Notes: generated by a model from the sequence alone, not told the origin. Positions 18,508-28,615 are shown, counted from the stretch's first letter. The stretch is 51,481 nucleotides of DNA from an archaeon (GCA_023265925.1 JAHFSD010000003.1:1-51481), one strand, 5' to 3'. Made by a program: numbers and translations.

Positions 18508-19119
18508 ATGCCCAAAGACATGCCTAAACTGGAGTCACCGTTTGTCCGCCAGATGAGCGCCGACGGTGAAGCGTACCTGGTCACGCCGGAAGTAGCTGAA
18601 AGCATGAGCTGGGTGTTTGATGATCCTACCGTTCTGGCCACGGAAAAGCTGGATGGCACTAACGTCAGCATTGTCATCGAGAACAAGCAGATTGTCAGCA
18701 TCTGGAATCGGACGGAACAGATCCCTTTCTTCAGCAAGGGCAAGTCGCACATTGTGGAAGGCGTGATTGAAGCTTTTAAAAGAGGGTTCTGTGAGCTTCC
18801 TGACGGGCAGCATTTTGGTGAGCTGATCGGTGAGAAAGTCAATGGCAATCCCCTGAAGATCCAGGGCCATCTGTGGGTGCCGTTCAATACCTACTGCCGG
18901 GAGCATCTCGCCTACAAAAGCTGGGGAAAATATTCCAAGGACTTTGAGACGATCAGCAAATGGTTTAAGGACGACTTGTTTTCGCTCTGGGTACGGAAGA
19001 AAGGCGTAGTGCAGCCTGCTGAGGGCGTAGTATTTGTCCAGCCTTCTACCGGGAAGATGGCAAAATTAAGGCGGGACATGTATGCCTGGTTTGAAGGGAG
19101 AAAGCATAAAGGGAGTTAG
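18508..19119 (+). CDS. ATP-dependent RNA ligase family protein (Rnl2/RLIG1-DUF5565-like)
   Basis: Nucleotidyltransferase motifs I ATEKLDGTN, III GELIG, VNGNP, IV EGVVF, V MAKLR. Confidence 0.8.
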   Translation: MPKDMPKLESPFVRQMSADGEAYLVTPEVAESMSWVFDDPTVLATEKLDGTNVSIVIENKQIVSIWNRTEQIPFFSKGKSHIVEGVIEAFKRGFCELPDGQHFGELIGEKVNGNPLKIQGHLWVPFNTYCREHLAYKSWGKYSKDFETISKWFKDDLFSLWVRKKGVVQPAEGVVFVQPSTGKMAKLRRDMYAWFEGRKHKGS

Positions 19120-19177
19120 TTCTTGGTGTGGAGTACCTAAATCTTTATAAAATTGGTCGGTATTAGAACACCCCAAC

Positions 19178-19549
19178 ATGGGTAGACGTCGGTATTGGGC
19201 TGGTGTGGCGGGAATGGCCCTAGTAAGTTCGGTCTTTACCTATTCTATTATTTTTCTACCGCGCGATATTATCAAAAGCAGGCCAGCAAGAACGCTGGAG
19301 GGTGTGGTAGTGGAAGAGAGCTATGTGCCCTCTCGTCGATTCATGGGCGTTGAAGAATACCACCTCTCGTTCAATGACAAGACTGCAGGGAAAGTGAGTG
19401 TTAGAATTCTTCCCGGGATAAGATCTATCGGGAGTATCGATGTTATGGTCCAGCAGGGAACTCGTCTGAACGTAAACGCTTATGAGTTCAGCCCGGGAGT
19501 GTACACCGCCTACGCTGACGAGGTACGGTTCCTGCCACAAGATCACTAA
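19178..19549 (+). CDS. Hypothetical membrane-anchored protein
   Basis: 123-aa ORF with an N-terminal basic plus hydrophobic segment; own TATA-like box at about 19143. Confidence 0.65.
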   Translation: MGRRRYWAGVAGMALVSSVFTYSIIFLPRDIIKSRPARTLEGVVVEESYVPSRRFMGVEEYHLSFNDKTAGKVSVRILPGIRSIGSIDVMVQQGTRLNVNAYEFSPGVYTAYADEVRFLPQDH

Positions 19550-19680
19550 TTTTCTTAGCTTTAAATCACACAGTCCATACTATCCAGCACCATAGGCACC
19601 ACTATCCCCTAGAGGTGGACCAGAGGCAGCGTCTGTAACTAACACCTAACTGTTAGTAACTAACAGTAATGATTTCACTA

Positions 19681-20415
19681 CTACAACTTCCTACAGAACG
19701 TCACAAACCCGGTATGCCCCAGCATCTCAAACTCCGGCCGGACAATTCTGTCGTCAATTTTCCATTTGCGCTCCAGCAATTCGATGGTCTCCAGGATAGT
19801 TATGGAAGTATCCCTGGTGGATTGAATAAATTCTTTCATCTGCAGCAAATTCGGTAAGTACACCACCAGAAATCCCCCCACTTTCAGGGCTTTTTCGGCG
19901 TGTTTCGTAACTTTCCACGGTTCCGGAAGGTCCAGGGTAATGAGGTCTACTTCTTTCTCGGCAATCCCCTTGGCAATATCTTCCTGCTTCAGTTTGATCT
20001 GCTTGAAGCCAACCAGGGCAACATTCTTGGCCAGGATGCGGAAATGTTCAGGATTATTCTCATAGACAGTAACTTCCTTGCAGACATTGGCGAGAGCCAG
20101 ACAGAGGGAGCCAGAACCGCCACCAGCATCCACGACGACAGAATCTTTATTTACGCCAGTCTTCGCCAGGATCAGGCCGATGTCCTTCTGAATCAGCACC
20201 TGCGGGCCGCGTTCCAGGTTCTCCCAGAGGTCAGGGAAAGAGGGCTGGAGAAGGATAAACGATTGGCCTTTGCTGCTGGTAACGACTGTTTTCCCCGAAG
20301 CTAATTCTTTCTTGGGGATGATGCCCCGGGAGGTATGGAAATCTTCCTCCAGGTCTTTGACCAGATATTTCTTGCCGGTAGGTGGTTCAATCAGGATTTT
20401 TTGGATGGGTCTCAT
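19681..20415 (-). CDS. trmI: tRNA (adenine-N1)-methyltransferase, TrmI/Gcd14 family
   Basis: RGPQVLIQKD, VVDAGGGSGSL, LDLPEPW, HTGFVTF. Confidence 0.9.
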   Translation of the reverse strand: MRPIQKILIEPPTGKKYLVKDLEEDFHTSRGIIPKKELASGKTVVTSSKGQSFILLQPSFPDLWENLERGPQVLIQKDIGLILAKTGVNKDSVVVDAGGGSGSLCLALANVCKEVTVYENNPEHFRILAKNVALVGFKQIKLKQEDIAKGIAEKEVDLITLDLPEPWKVTKHAEKALKVGGFLVVYLPNLLQMKEFIQSTRDTSITILETIELLERKWKIDDRIVRPEFEMLGHTGFVTFCRKL

Positions 20416-21299
20416 CTGGAAAGGTATTTTTGATATTCTTTTAAATATCTTCTAAATAAATGCAAGAGAAATATTTTATCCTGTTTAGTGATTTGAGCCC
20501 GCTCTAAAGCATTATAATAACTGTCCCTGTTGGTATACTTAATATTCAACATTGGAAAACTATGTTGGTGTAACACAAAATTCATTAATAATCGGGACAT
20601 CCGACCATTCCCATCACTAAAAGGGTGAATGCTCACAAATTTTAATTGAACGAGTGCCGCCAATTCTACCGGATGAATTTTCTTTTTAATGGTATTATAC
20701 CACTGAAGAAATTCCCGCAGCAGAGTCTCTATTTCTGCTGGAAAGGGAAATTCAGCTTTACTTCCGGCCACTTTTACCTGGTGGGTCCGTATTTTACCGG
20801 CAATATCTCCCTGTGTTTCGCCCAGGAGCAGCCGATGCCAGTAGAGCATCATGGGGAGTGACAGGCCTTTTTTGTAATTGATCATGGTATAAAATACCTT
20901 TCGATGTGCTTCCGTCTCTTTAATGTCATTGAGCGGTTTTCCTACTGGCGCAATTCCCTGTTCTAGAATTTTGGCAGTTTCCTTGAGTGTAATGGTGCTG
21001 CCTTCAATCCGGTTGGTATCATAGGTGAATTTAATCATAAAATAGTTCAAATATTTTTCCCGCGCCGAAGGCGGCATTGCTCTCGTTTCTTCAGCAAATG
21101 TTTTTCTGATGGCATCGAAGAAATTAAAGTATTTTTCTTTCATAATTTCATACATAAAATTATTCCTGATCTCTTCAATATTTGTGGGTATTTCCGTGCC
21201 CAAATAGAGCTCTTTTTTAAGCACTTTATGCTGTTCTCGTAACGAGTGTTCCAAGTAAAAATAAGTCTTTTGGCCTAGCTTCTTCCGTTTAATGTTCAT
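20412..21299 (-). CDS. Fic-domain protein (class II, with intrinsic inhibitory helix)
   Basis: Canonical HPFSDGNGRMSR and upstream TNRIEG inhibitory motif. Confidence 0.92.
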   Translation of the reverse strand: MNIKRKKLGQKTYFYLEHSLREQHKVLKKELYLGTEIPTNIEEIRNNFMYEIMKEKYFNFFDAIRKTFAEETRAMPPSAREKYLNYFMIKFTYDTNRIEGSTITLKETAKILEQGIAPVGKPLNDIKETEAHRKVFYTMINYKKGLSLPMMLYWHRLLLGETQGDIAGKIRTHQVKVAGSKAEFPFPAEIETLLREFLQWYNTIKKKIHPVELAALVQLKFVSIHPFSDGNGRMSRLLMNFVLHQHSFPMLNIKYTNRDSYYNALERAQITKQDKIFLLHLFRRYLKEYQKYLSR

Positions 21300-21389
21300 A
21301 TCCTAGCTTACCCCTACATATTTATAAATATTTCGATAAATCAGTAAAGTGTAGGGGTACGACAGGGGCAAGTTTTATATTGAGACCCG

Positions 21390-21488
21390 CTATTGAGTGT
21401 TTTGAATAACTAGTCAAAACACTCTTAGAGGGCGTTGAATTAAGCACAAATTGTGCTAGCTACGAAGGTTATTCAAAGCCCTCTATTG
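21390..21488. repeat. Twin-hairpin element flanked by CTATTG direct repeats (93-nt period)
   Basis: gagtgttttga/tcaaaacactc (21395-21424) and tagagggc..ttgaat/attcaa..gccctcta (21426-21485); CTATTG at 21390 and 21483. Confidence 0.6.
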
Positions 21489-21514
21489 GGTTCCATGACC
21501 ATTGGAAATCTAAA

Positions 21515-22063
21515 ATGCCCTTCCTCAACGAAAAAAAGACTTTTCTGGCCAAGCAGGATAAAAGCAGGAAGGGCGAGATGGATGAGAAAGTAATCCCTCT
21601 TGTGCAACTCCTCAATCGTCTGCCGGATTACTATACCACTTCTTCCTGTTCCGGCCGGGTCTATCTGTGGAAGGGAACGGGCAAGAAAAACCAGACACAG
21701 TGGCTGAAGGTAAGCCATGAGCTGATTACAGCGGATTTCTTGGATAGTGACGATAAGGTCGGATTAATCTGGCTACGATTAGAGCCGTTAATTCTGCACG
21801 TCGCCTGCAAGGATTTGGCAGCGGCCAATACCCTTCTGGAGCTGGTGCGTCGCCTTTACAAGAAAAGCTGTTTATTGAGCATCCAGAACAAAATTATCGT
21901 GGAAGTGCGCGGCAGCGAATTTATGGAGATGCCGCTCTATCTCAATGGAACGCGGCTGTTTGCCGGTGAGAAGGGCTGGCTGGTAGAGGTGGTTAATGAG
22001 AAGTTGAAAAAGATGGGGGAAGGGAGGGAAAAGACCGAGAGAATAGTAGCAGGATGGTCTTGA
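21515..22063 (+). CDS. taw3: tRNA wybutosine/wyosine-synthesis protein 3 (Tyw3/Taw3 methyltransferase)
   Basis: DKSRKGEMDE, YYTTSSCSGR, WLKVSH, ILHVAC. Confidence 0.88.
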   Translation: MPFLNEKKTFLAKQDKSRKGEMDEKVIPLVQLLNRLPDYYTTSSCSGRVYLWKGTGKKNQTQWLKVSHELITADFLDSDDKVGLIWLRLEPLILHVACKDLAAANTLLELVRRLYKKSCLLSIQNKIIVEVRGSEFMEMPLYLNGTRLFAGEKGWLVEVVNEKLKKMGEGREKTERIVAGWS

Positions 22064-22373
22064 AGGTCTCCTGGTTGTTCCACGGCGTACGTTCCCCGGG
22101 GAAAGTTGTTATTTCAAATAGTGTCAAAAAGTGTCACTTTTCAGAATACTGCCGAAATGTTTAAATACTTGCCACTAATGAATATTTACTATGACAGCAA
22201 AATCAATGATTAATACCTGCAGCAGGAAAGAGCCTGTTAGTTTTAACATCATTCTTTATTATTATCTACTGGTCTGAACCTGTCTTTCCAGGCCGTAAAG
22301 TTTTCAAATTGCATATACAGTTCTGGATTATTTGTTCAGGCCGCCAATGGTTTCATTTAGGCTTGGCGATATT

Positions 22374-22444
22374 CTCTCCATAGCTCAATGGCAGAGCAAT
22401 CGGCTGTAACCCGGTGCGTGCCGGTTCAAATCCGGCTGGAGAGA
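22374..22444 (+). tRNA. tRNA-Tyr (GUA), intronless
   Basis: Cloverleaf with acceptor ctctcca/tggagag, anticodon loop CT-GTA-AC, T arm gccgg-ttcaaat-ccggc. C1:G72 and A73 match archaeal Tyr identity. Confidence 0.85.
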
Positions 22445-22479
22445 TTCAAAATGGCTTGCAACCAAAACTGTAGGAGGTA

Positions 22480-23175
22480 ATGAAAATGGGCTTATTAACA
22501 CCGGATGAAGAAATTATTCGTGAGATGAGGGAAGGTATCCCTAAACATAAGAATATTTGTCCATCTCTTGAAACCAGGACATTGGAGAATAGAAAATTGG
22601 ATTGGCCACCAACAACAGGAACAATAGACGGCCGGTTTGAGGCAGGATGCTTGGCTTTGACAAATACCAGTGAAATAGAACAAATCGCAAGGATTTATCG
22701 TTTAGGATTTCCAGAACTTTTTGGAGGTGTTTATGAGGATTTGCATTTCCCGGCCAGATATGCTGGTTTAACCGAACAAATGAAAATATTGGTGCTGAGG
22801 GATTTGCAGCAGAATAATAAAGTCGTATCTGCTTGGACTCTAACGCCTAGTGAAGCTAATATGAGTGTTGAATTCTCGTTGACAGTAACTGATCCTGATT
22901 ACAGAGGTAAAGGTCTTTGCAAAGAATTTACAAAGATAGCTGATAAATTAGTAGAAGAAACTGGTGCCGAACTGGGAATTGCCTATTGTGCCACATTTCA
23001 TAAAACAACCCAGAGGATTTTCCAGGAATTAGGATTCGGGAAACAAGCAATATTAAAAGGATTCATACTTGCCAATATCGGTGAAGGAAGATATGCCAGA
23101 GACAGTGTTGTTATGTATACTAAATTTTACAATAATGCAGATAGATTATGCTCCTCTGGCATCCGCTTGTTGTAA
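22480..23175 (+). CDS. GNAT-family acetyltransferase
   Basis: VTDPDYRGKGLCK acetyl-CoA-binding motif A; AT-rich codon usage. Confidence 0.8.
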   Translation: MKMGLLTPDEEIIREMREGIPKHKNICPSLETRTLENRKLDWPPTTGTIDGRFEAGCLALTNTSEIEQIARIYRLGFPELFGGVYEDLHFPARYAGLTEQMKILVLRDLQQNNKVVSAWTLTPSEANMSVEFSLTVTDPDYRGKGLCKEFTKIADKLVEETGAELGIAYCATFHKTTQRIFQELGFGKQAILKGFILANIGEGRYARDSVVMYTKFYNNADRLCSSGIRLL

Positions 23176-23240
23176 TAGAACCGGAACGCCCTTCAGAGGA
23201 GCACAGGAGATTTATAAAGTTCCGTTCATTCTGGAGCTGG

Positions 23241-23588
23241 ATGGAAGCAGAACAAAATGTCTTTATTGAAATCCTGGGCGACACGCCGGTTATCCGCGTG
23301 CTTGATTTTTTAATTACGGGAAGGGACTATGACTACACTTTGACTGATCTGGCTACAAAAGCAGGAGTAAGCTGGAGTACCTTGCACCGGATTTTTCCTG
23401 GTTTCATTTCCCGTAAAGTGGTGGTAGAAGTACGTACCGTCGGAAGGGCAAAGTTATACAAGCTTAACCTGGATAATCCACTGGCAGGAAGGATGGTAGA
23501 TCTGTACGATAGTTTACTTCTGGAAACATTGAAGAACAGTGCCGAAGCGGAGATGGTGGCACTGACGGCATCTTCCAGACGGGTGTAG
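23241..23588 (+). CDS. Winged-helix DNA-binding protein (paralogue of 29584-29907)
   Basis: GDTPVIRVLDFLI...YTLTDLATKAGVSWSTL...GRAKLYKLN; GGAG before ATG 23241. Confidence 0.8.
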   Translation: MEAEQNVFIEILGDTPVIRVLDFLITGRDYDYTLTDLATKAGVSWSTLHRIFPGFISRKVVVEVRTVGRAKLYKLNLDNPLAGRMVDLYDSLLLETLKNSAEAEMVALTASSRRV

Positions 23589-23638
23589 AATTCGGAGCGG
23601 GGCGTTGAAAAGAAAAAAAAGAGAAAGAAAGAATGCTT

Positions 23639-26600
23639 CTACGGCTTCCTTCTCACCATCATCACCATCACTCCCAGCAGCACCGCCATGAAGACGAGCA
23701 CGACAAAGGCGGCCAGCAGGAATAAGTAGGTGTCAGTATCGCGGAAGGAAGTGCTGACTCTGACATCCGGCTGAGACTGAACAGCTTGCCTTGCCTGCAA
23801 CTGCTTCTGCATCTCGTCGGCTAACTTCTGGCTGGCCACGTCAATGACGACTTCTTTCTTCTGCTCCGCAGGCTGAGCAGTTGTTCCCGGAGTCGTTGTT
23901 GGCTGAGCACAGGCTTTGACTTCCAGGCTTACCTCTTTCGTATCATCTAGTTTTCCATCACGATAGACTTCGACGGTAAGCGGATAGGTTCCGGCAGGAG
24001 CGTTCTCGGCATTGACTGAAAACAAGACCCGCTGCTCGTTATCGTTGCCAGCAAAGTCGTCCAGTTCAATGTTGCGTTTAGCCTGATCCAGACCTAACGC
24101 GGTATTTCTCGCTTTGATTTCCACGTCATCCTCGTTACTCTTGCCGATGTTCTGCACCGTCACTTGCAGGTTGGTCTGCCGCTGGCATTGCAACGTTGCC
24201 TGATCTAAAGTTGCGGTCTTGACGGCAACGTTGTGGTTCTCTAATTCCAATTTCACTATCTGCGTTACCATCGTGGTATGCCGCGTGCCATCTTTGGCTT
24301 CTCCTTCCACAACGATTTCCATCGTGAACTCTTCGTTACTGACATCTTCATTGCGCAGGTCGAAGTCCAGCTCAACGTCATCATCACGCCCGGACTTAAG
24401 GTCGAATTCATCGGACTCTTCTTCCAGCTCGTCTTCATTGATGTTTTTCAGCGTCACGGTAACCTGAATGTCTTCCAGGTCCTGATTAAGCTCGTTCTTC
24501 ACGTCCACCTTGACGGTATTGGTGTCATCCAGCTTAAACTTCCCATCGGTTTTGCCGTTGATTTTAACGCTTTGGACGGTTAAGAAGCTTTTGGGGTTGA
24601 GGAAGATGGGAAGATTAACTGTTCCCTGATTGCTGACAATTCTCAACGTGCCAATGGAATGTTTTCCCGAGGCTTCTCCGGCAGGAATGGTGAGGCTAAG
24701 CTGTAACGGCGTTTGTCCCCCGGCAGCGAGCGTCGAAGATAAAGTACCGGTTAATTGGGCATTGTAGGTTGCATTTACTCCCAGCAGTTGAGCACTTAAG
24801 CCGGTCAATGATTCATGTGTACCGGTATTGGAGATTGTTACCGTTGTATTTACCGCCTGTCCGGTGTTAACGTTATCGAACAAGATCTCAGTTGCCGGAA
24901 GAACTGTTAAAGCCGCTGCCCGTTCTTCCTCGACCACATAGGTGGAAAAGCCGGTAACAGTAAAGACCAATTGGCTGGCAGTATTACTGACAATCTGACA
25001 GATGGTTGCCGGACATTTGGTTAGTGTACCACTGTTAAACCCGCTGGATACGGAAATTCGCGGATTCGTAAATGGCGCAGTACGCGGTAAGGTAACAGTT
25101 GCACTTCGTCCGCCTAAACCAGGTGCAGCAGCGGTGTTAACAGCGATGGTATCTTTGTTACTTTGATGGCTGATTTGGATAACATTGTCGAGCATCAAAT
25201 TATTTTGCAGGATGCCGGTTAAGTCTACTGCCTGATTGAACGTAATCTTTCCGTTGCTGTTCTCTACCACAAATCCCTGGTAGTTGGCCGAATCTTTAGT
25301 TTCATCAAAGTTAGGGAGGTTAAGGTTGGTAGTTCTAGGCTTGTTGGTTACGGTGACATCCCAGGAATGGCTTTCCATCAAACCCAGATCAGTCTGCAGG
25401 CGGACTTCCACGGTATGCACTCCGGGCGCCAGCGTTCGCACAATGCGCATCTGCTTGGAAGAAGTTAAGCTTCCATCAATGTACCATTTCAGGAACTGCT
25501 TAAACGTTGACTCAGCAATATTAGCCTGGAAGGTAAGCATGGTGTTCGGTCGTACCAATAGTTCATCCTCGGCAGGCGTAAAAGTTGTCAGGCAATCGCT
25601 TACTGTCAAAGGAACTTCCGCGCTACTTCCCTGGAAATCGGTAAAGTCAGGATTGACCAGATAGACAAACAATTTATTTTGTCCCGGTTCAAGATTCGTT
25701 AGATTCAGGGAGAACTGGGCCGTTGCGGTCGCTCCCGGCTGCAGAGCAGTGGCACTCAAAGCTTCATTCAGCAATTCTTCGCCCGTAAATTCTCCGGCAT
25801 CGGCATCAAATTCAAATTGCTGTTCACCATAGACTAACAGTTGGGGTGTAACGGCATTATCTCCCGTGTTAGTAGCAGTTACCGTCAGATCGGTCACGCG
25901 GTTGCACGAGAGGGTATTGTCCGTCAACGTCGCCGAGGAAATCTCCACATCAGCTTCTTCCCGCACAATATTAAAAGTAAGATCAAACGTATCCTGGAAA
26001 GTGCCCTTGAAACTATTGTGGCTTAAACTCAATCGTACTGTAAAAGAATTGCCACTGACAGCCAACGGGACGGTAAAAGTAAATTCATCATCTTCCACTT
26101 CGCCGGCAAACAGGGCCCATTCCGTCGCCTGGTGGTTGACAAAATCCGTCCCGACCGTGAGATGCGCTTCTTTGCTCACGGAACCAAGCGCTTTATTGAA
26201 ATTGTTGGCAAAATTGTAGCTGACGGTGACCTGATTTCCCGGAGAGACGTTGAGCTGATCATTGGCATCAAAAATATCTCCACCGGCCTGAATTTCAACG
26301 GAGTTCTGGAGGATTTCTAAAGCCGGATCAACAGTGAGAGTAAATGTTTTTGCCGCGGAAGTGGCTTGCCCGTCCGTCACGCGCAGGTTTACCGGAGCAG
26401 AGCCTTTATCATTTGCCGTTGGTGTTCCAGTGATAGTCAATCCATTCACTGTTAGCCACGCGGGCAGGCCCGCCGGATCAATGGAAATATCAGTAACGGG
26501 GTTATCAACGTCACTGACACCAGTAGCAGGCAGGGTAAAACTAAAGGGAACAGCTTCGACTGCAGTCAGGTTGGCAATGGTTGCCGTAATGGTCGGAGCA

Positions 26601-26962
26601 TCGTTAACCGCTGCCACAGTAAGCGTAAAGGAACCTGAAACGGAATTCGGCGGAACTTCCGAATCATTGACTGTAACTTGTACGGTACTTGTTCCACTTT
26701 GGTTAGCAACAGTAGTACAATTAAGCGTGAATCCATCGGCTGCTAAAGCACAATTAATCACGCTGGCGTTGGATTGGGAATTGAGCGTAAAGTTGAGAGG
26801 ATTATTTTCCGGATCTGAGGCAAACGTTCGTAAATCGTAGGCGGTCGTTCCGGAATCTTCCTGAAGGTTGAAATTTCCTTGAGAAAAATCCCAGGTGGGC
26901 GGTGCGGCTAAGATCAAGGGCACCAAAATCAACGACAGCAACAGTAAGAGTATTCTTTTCAT
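23639..26962 (-). CDS. Large S-layer-like surface protein with cadherin/Ig and CARDB-like domains and a C-terminal TM anchor
   Basis: Signal peptide, VNDAPT/He_PIG-like repeats, VTVxNxG CARDB-like modules, Pro/Thr linker, C-terminal TM followed by RRKP. Confidence 0.85.
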   Translation of the reverse strand: MKRILLLLLSLILVPLILAAPPTWDFSQGNFNLQEDSGTTAYDLRTFASDPENNPLNFTLNSQSNASVINCALAADGFTLNCTTVANQSGTSTVQVTVNDSEVPPNSVSGSFTLTVAAVNDAPTITATIANLTAVEAVPFSFTLPATGVSDVDNPVTDISIDPAGLPAWLTVNGLTITGTPTANDKGSAPVNLRVTDGQATSAAKTFTLTVDPALEILQNSVEIQAGGDIFDANDQLNVSPGNQVTVSYNFANNFNKALGSVSKEAHLTVGTDFVNHQATEWALFAGEVEDDEFTFTVPLAVSGNSFTVRLSLSHNSFKGTFQDTFDLTFNIVREEADVEISSATLTDNTLSCNRVTDLTVTATNTGDNAVTPQLLVYGEQQFEFDADAGEFTGEELLNEALSATALQPGATATAQFSLNLTNLEPGQNKLFVYLVNPDFTDFQGSSAEVPLTVSDCLTTFTPAEDELLVRPNTMLTFQANIAESTFKQFLKWYIDGSLTSSKQMRIVRTLAPGVHTVEVRLQTDLGLMESHSWDVTVTNKPRTTNLNLPNFDETKDSANYQGFVVENSNGKITFNQAVDLTGILQNNLMLDNVIQISHQSNKDTIAVNTAAAPGLGGRSATVTLPRTAPFTNPRISVSSGFNSGTLTKCPATICQIVSNTASQLVFTVTGFSTYVVEEERAAALTVLPATEILFDNVNTGQAVNTTVTISNTGTHESLTGLSAQLLGVNATYNAQLTGTLSSTLAAGGQTPLQLSLTIPAGEASGKHSIGTLRIVSNQGTVNLPIFLNPKSFLTVQSVKINGKTDGKFKLDDTNTVKVDVKNELNQDLEDIQVTVTLKNINEDELEEESDEFDLKSGRDDDVELDFDLRNEDVSNEEFTMEIVVEGEAKDGTRHTTMVTQIVKLELENHNVAVKTATLDQATLQCQRQTNLQVTVQNIGKSNEDDVEIKARNTALGLDQAKRNIELDDFAGNDNEQRVLFSVNAENAPAGTYPLTVEVYRDGKLDDTKEVSLEVKACAQPTTTPGTTAQPAEQKKEVVIDVASQKLADEMQKQLQARQAVQSQPDVRVSTSFRDTDTYLFLLAAFVVLVFMAVLLGVMVMMVRRKP

Positions 26963-27005
26963 TTTATTTTACCTCATCATTTTTTAATCAGTATTTTCAT
27001 TAGTA

Positions 27006-28478
27006 TCATCTAATCAACATCACCAAAAACACCACAATCAAGGCCACGACCATGACAATGGCCACCAGGGTCATCCCCAACAGGAAATCCTGCCGACTGT
27101 AAGGATTTTCTACTGTTTCCACAACCGTCGCTGAGGAAAGGGGTGTTGGCGTAGCCGTGGTTCCCGTCGGTGGCGCTAATTGAGCACCGGGAGCGGTTAA
27201 TGCTGGAGCTGTTCCTGCGGCGGCCGATTCTTCTTCTCCCGCTGGCGGTTGTTCCTCCGTCGGTAGCGCGGCCGGAGCTGCTACCGGAGCAGGCTCTTCC
27301 GCTTTCGGACAGGCTTCCACGACCAGATCCATTCTCTGGGAATCCATTTGTTCATCACCGCGGATGAAGGCAATGACGTCTAACGGATAGGTGCCCGCCT
27401 TTTTTCCCGCTACATCCACTGAAACTGTTTTTGTAATGGTATCGTCATCATCATCAAATTCATTCAACACCAGGTTCTGGAACTTCTGGTTTACTCCCAA
27501 TTGCTGGTTGAAGACGGCGAAGGCCGCAGCACTCTGGCTTTTAGTGCCAAAATTCTTCACTTCCACCTGTAAGGAAGCAGTAGTTCCGGGACAGGCTTCC
27601 ACTGTTTCCGGCGTCAGGATAGTTTTGCTGATACGAACATCATTCTTGGCCCGTTCGACCTTCAGCACCAGCGTCCGGTCCAGCCGGTGGCGGACATTCT
27701 TGCCGTCTTCCGCTTCGATGGTAATGTCAAACGTATATTCTTTGTCATCAGCTTCCTCGTCAACGGTAAAAGTAACCGTCAATTGCCCGTTTTTCTCGGC
27801 GTCAATGTCCTCAAGATCATAATCCTCATCGACATCAGTCTTGTATAAATCGTCATCATCCACGTTCAGGGTGAGCTGCACATTTTCCAGCGTGCTTTTT
27901 CGGTCATTATAATCACGGTCAAAGAAGTTCTCCAGACGGAAGGTCAGTTTCACTTCTGTTCCCGGCCGGACCGGGTCACGCAGTTTCATGGCCTGCTCAT
28001 TCGTGCCAAAATCGTCATCCTGAGCTTTACCGTCCTTATCCATATACTCGGCCGTTACTTCATCAAACTGCAGCATCGATTTTGTGCTCTGAGTTAAAGA
28101 AGCCGTATCCTGTGCTGTCCCGCTGACGGAAGCGGTAATGGTGCCAATGCTGGTATTGCCCGAGTTTTGAGTGTGAGGGACATTCAGAGTGAAGGGGACG
28201 GTGATGGCCGAATTGGCATTAACCGTTTGATTGCTGATGGCGTTCAGGGTGTATCCGGAAGGCAGTCCACTGATTGAAACCTGGACAGTCGCCGCCGCCG
28301 CGGGATCAGTGTTGCGCAGGGTTAATTGGCCATTGACCGCGATGGTCGTCTGATCTCTATCCCGAAAGAGGTTATAATCGGCATTAATGGTCACCTGCGG
28401 TTCGACAATCTCAATGGCGGCGGAAACAGCGGTGGCGAGCAGTACAAAAATAAGGATTCCTGACAGTAGTTTCTTCAT
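27006..28478 (-). CDS. S-layer-like surface protein (shorter paralogue of 23639-26962)
   Basis: Signal peptide, modules matching the C-terminal half of the neighbour, Pro/Ala/Thr linker, C-terminal TM. Confidence 0.85.
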   Translation of the reverse strand: MKKLLSGILIFVLLATAVSAAIEIVEPQVTINADYNLFRDRDQTTIAVNGQLTLRNTDPAAAATVQVSISGLPSGYTLNAISNQTVNANSAITVPFTLNVPHTQNSGNTSIGTITASVSGTAQDTASLTQSTKSMLQFDEVTAEYMDKDGKAQDDDFGTNEQAMKLRDPVRPGTEVKLTFRLENFFDRDYNDRKSTLENVQLTLNVDDDDLYKTDVDEDYDLEDIDAEKNGQLTVTFTVDEEADDKEYTFDITIEAEDGKNVRHRLDRTLVLKVERAKNDVRISKTILTPETVEACPGTTASLQVEVKNFGTKSQSAAAFAVFNQQLGVNQKFQNLVLNEFDDDDDTITKTVSVDVAGKKAGTYPLDVIAFIRGDEQMDSQRMDLVVEACPKAEEPAPVAAPAALPTEEQPPAGEEESAAAGTAPALTAPGAQLAPPTGTTATPTPLSSATVVETVENPYSRQDFLLGMTLVAIVMVVALIVVFLVMLIR

Positions 28479-28615
28479 GGTCTTCCCACCCCCTTGTTTT
28501 TATTCTAAAGTAGTCAACCGCTTTTAAAGATTTGTATTCTGCAGTATACGGGTTTGAGGCAGTCCCCTATTTATAGAAACGAGAGGGGATGCAGAATACT
28601 GCTTTATTTACTCCC

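Noticed and set aside
22374-22444. tRNA-Asn (the body resembles ...atcggctgttaaccg...)
   Set aside because: The anticodon reads GTA in a 7-nt loop, and C1:G72/A73 are Tyr determinants.
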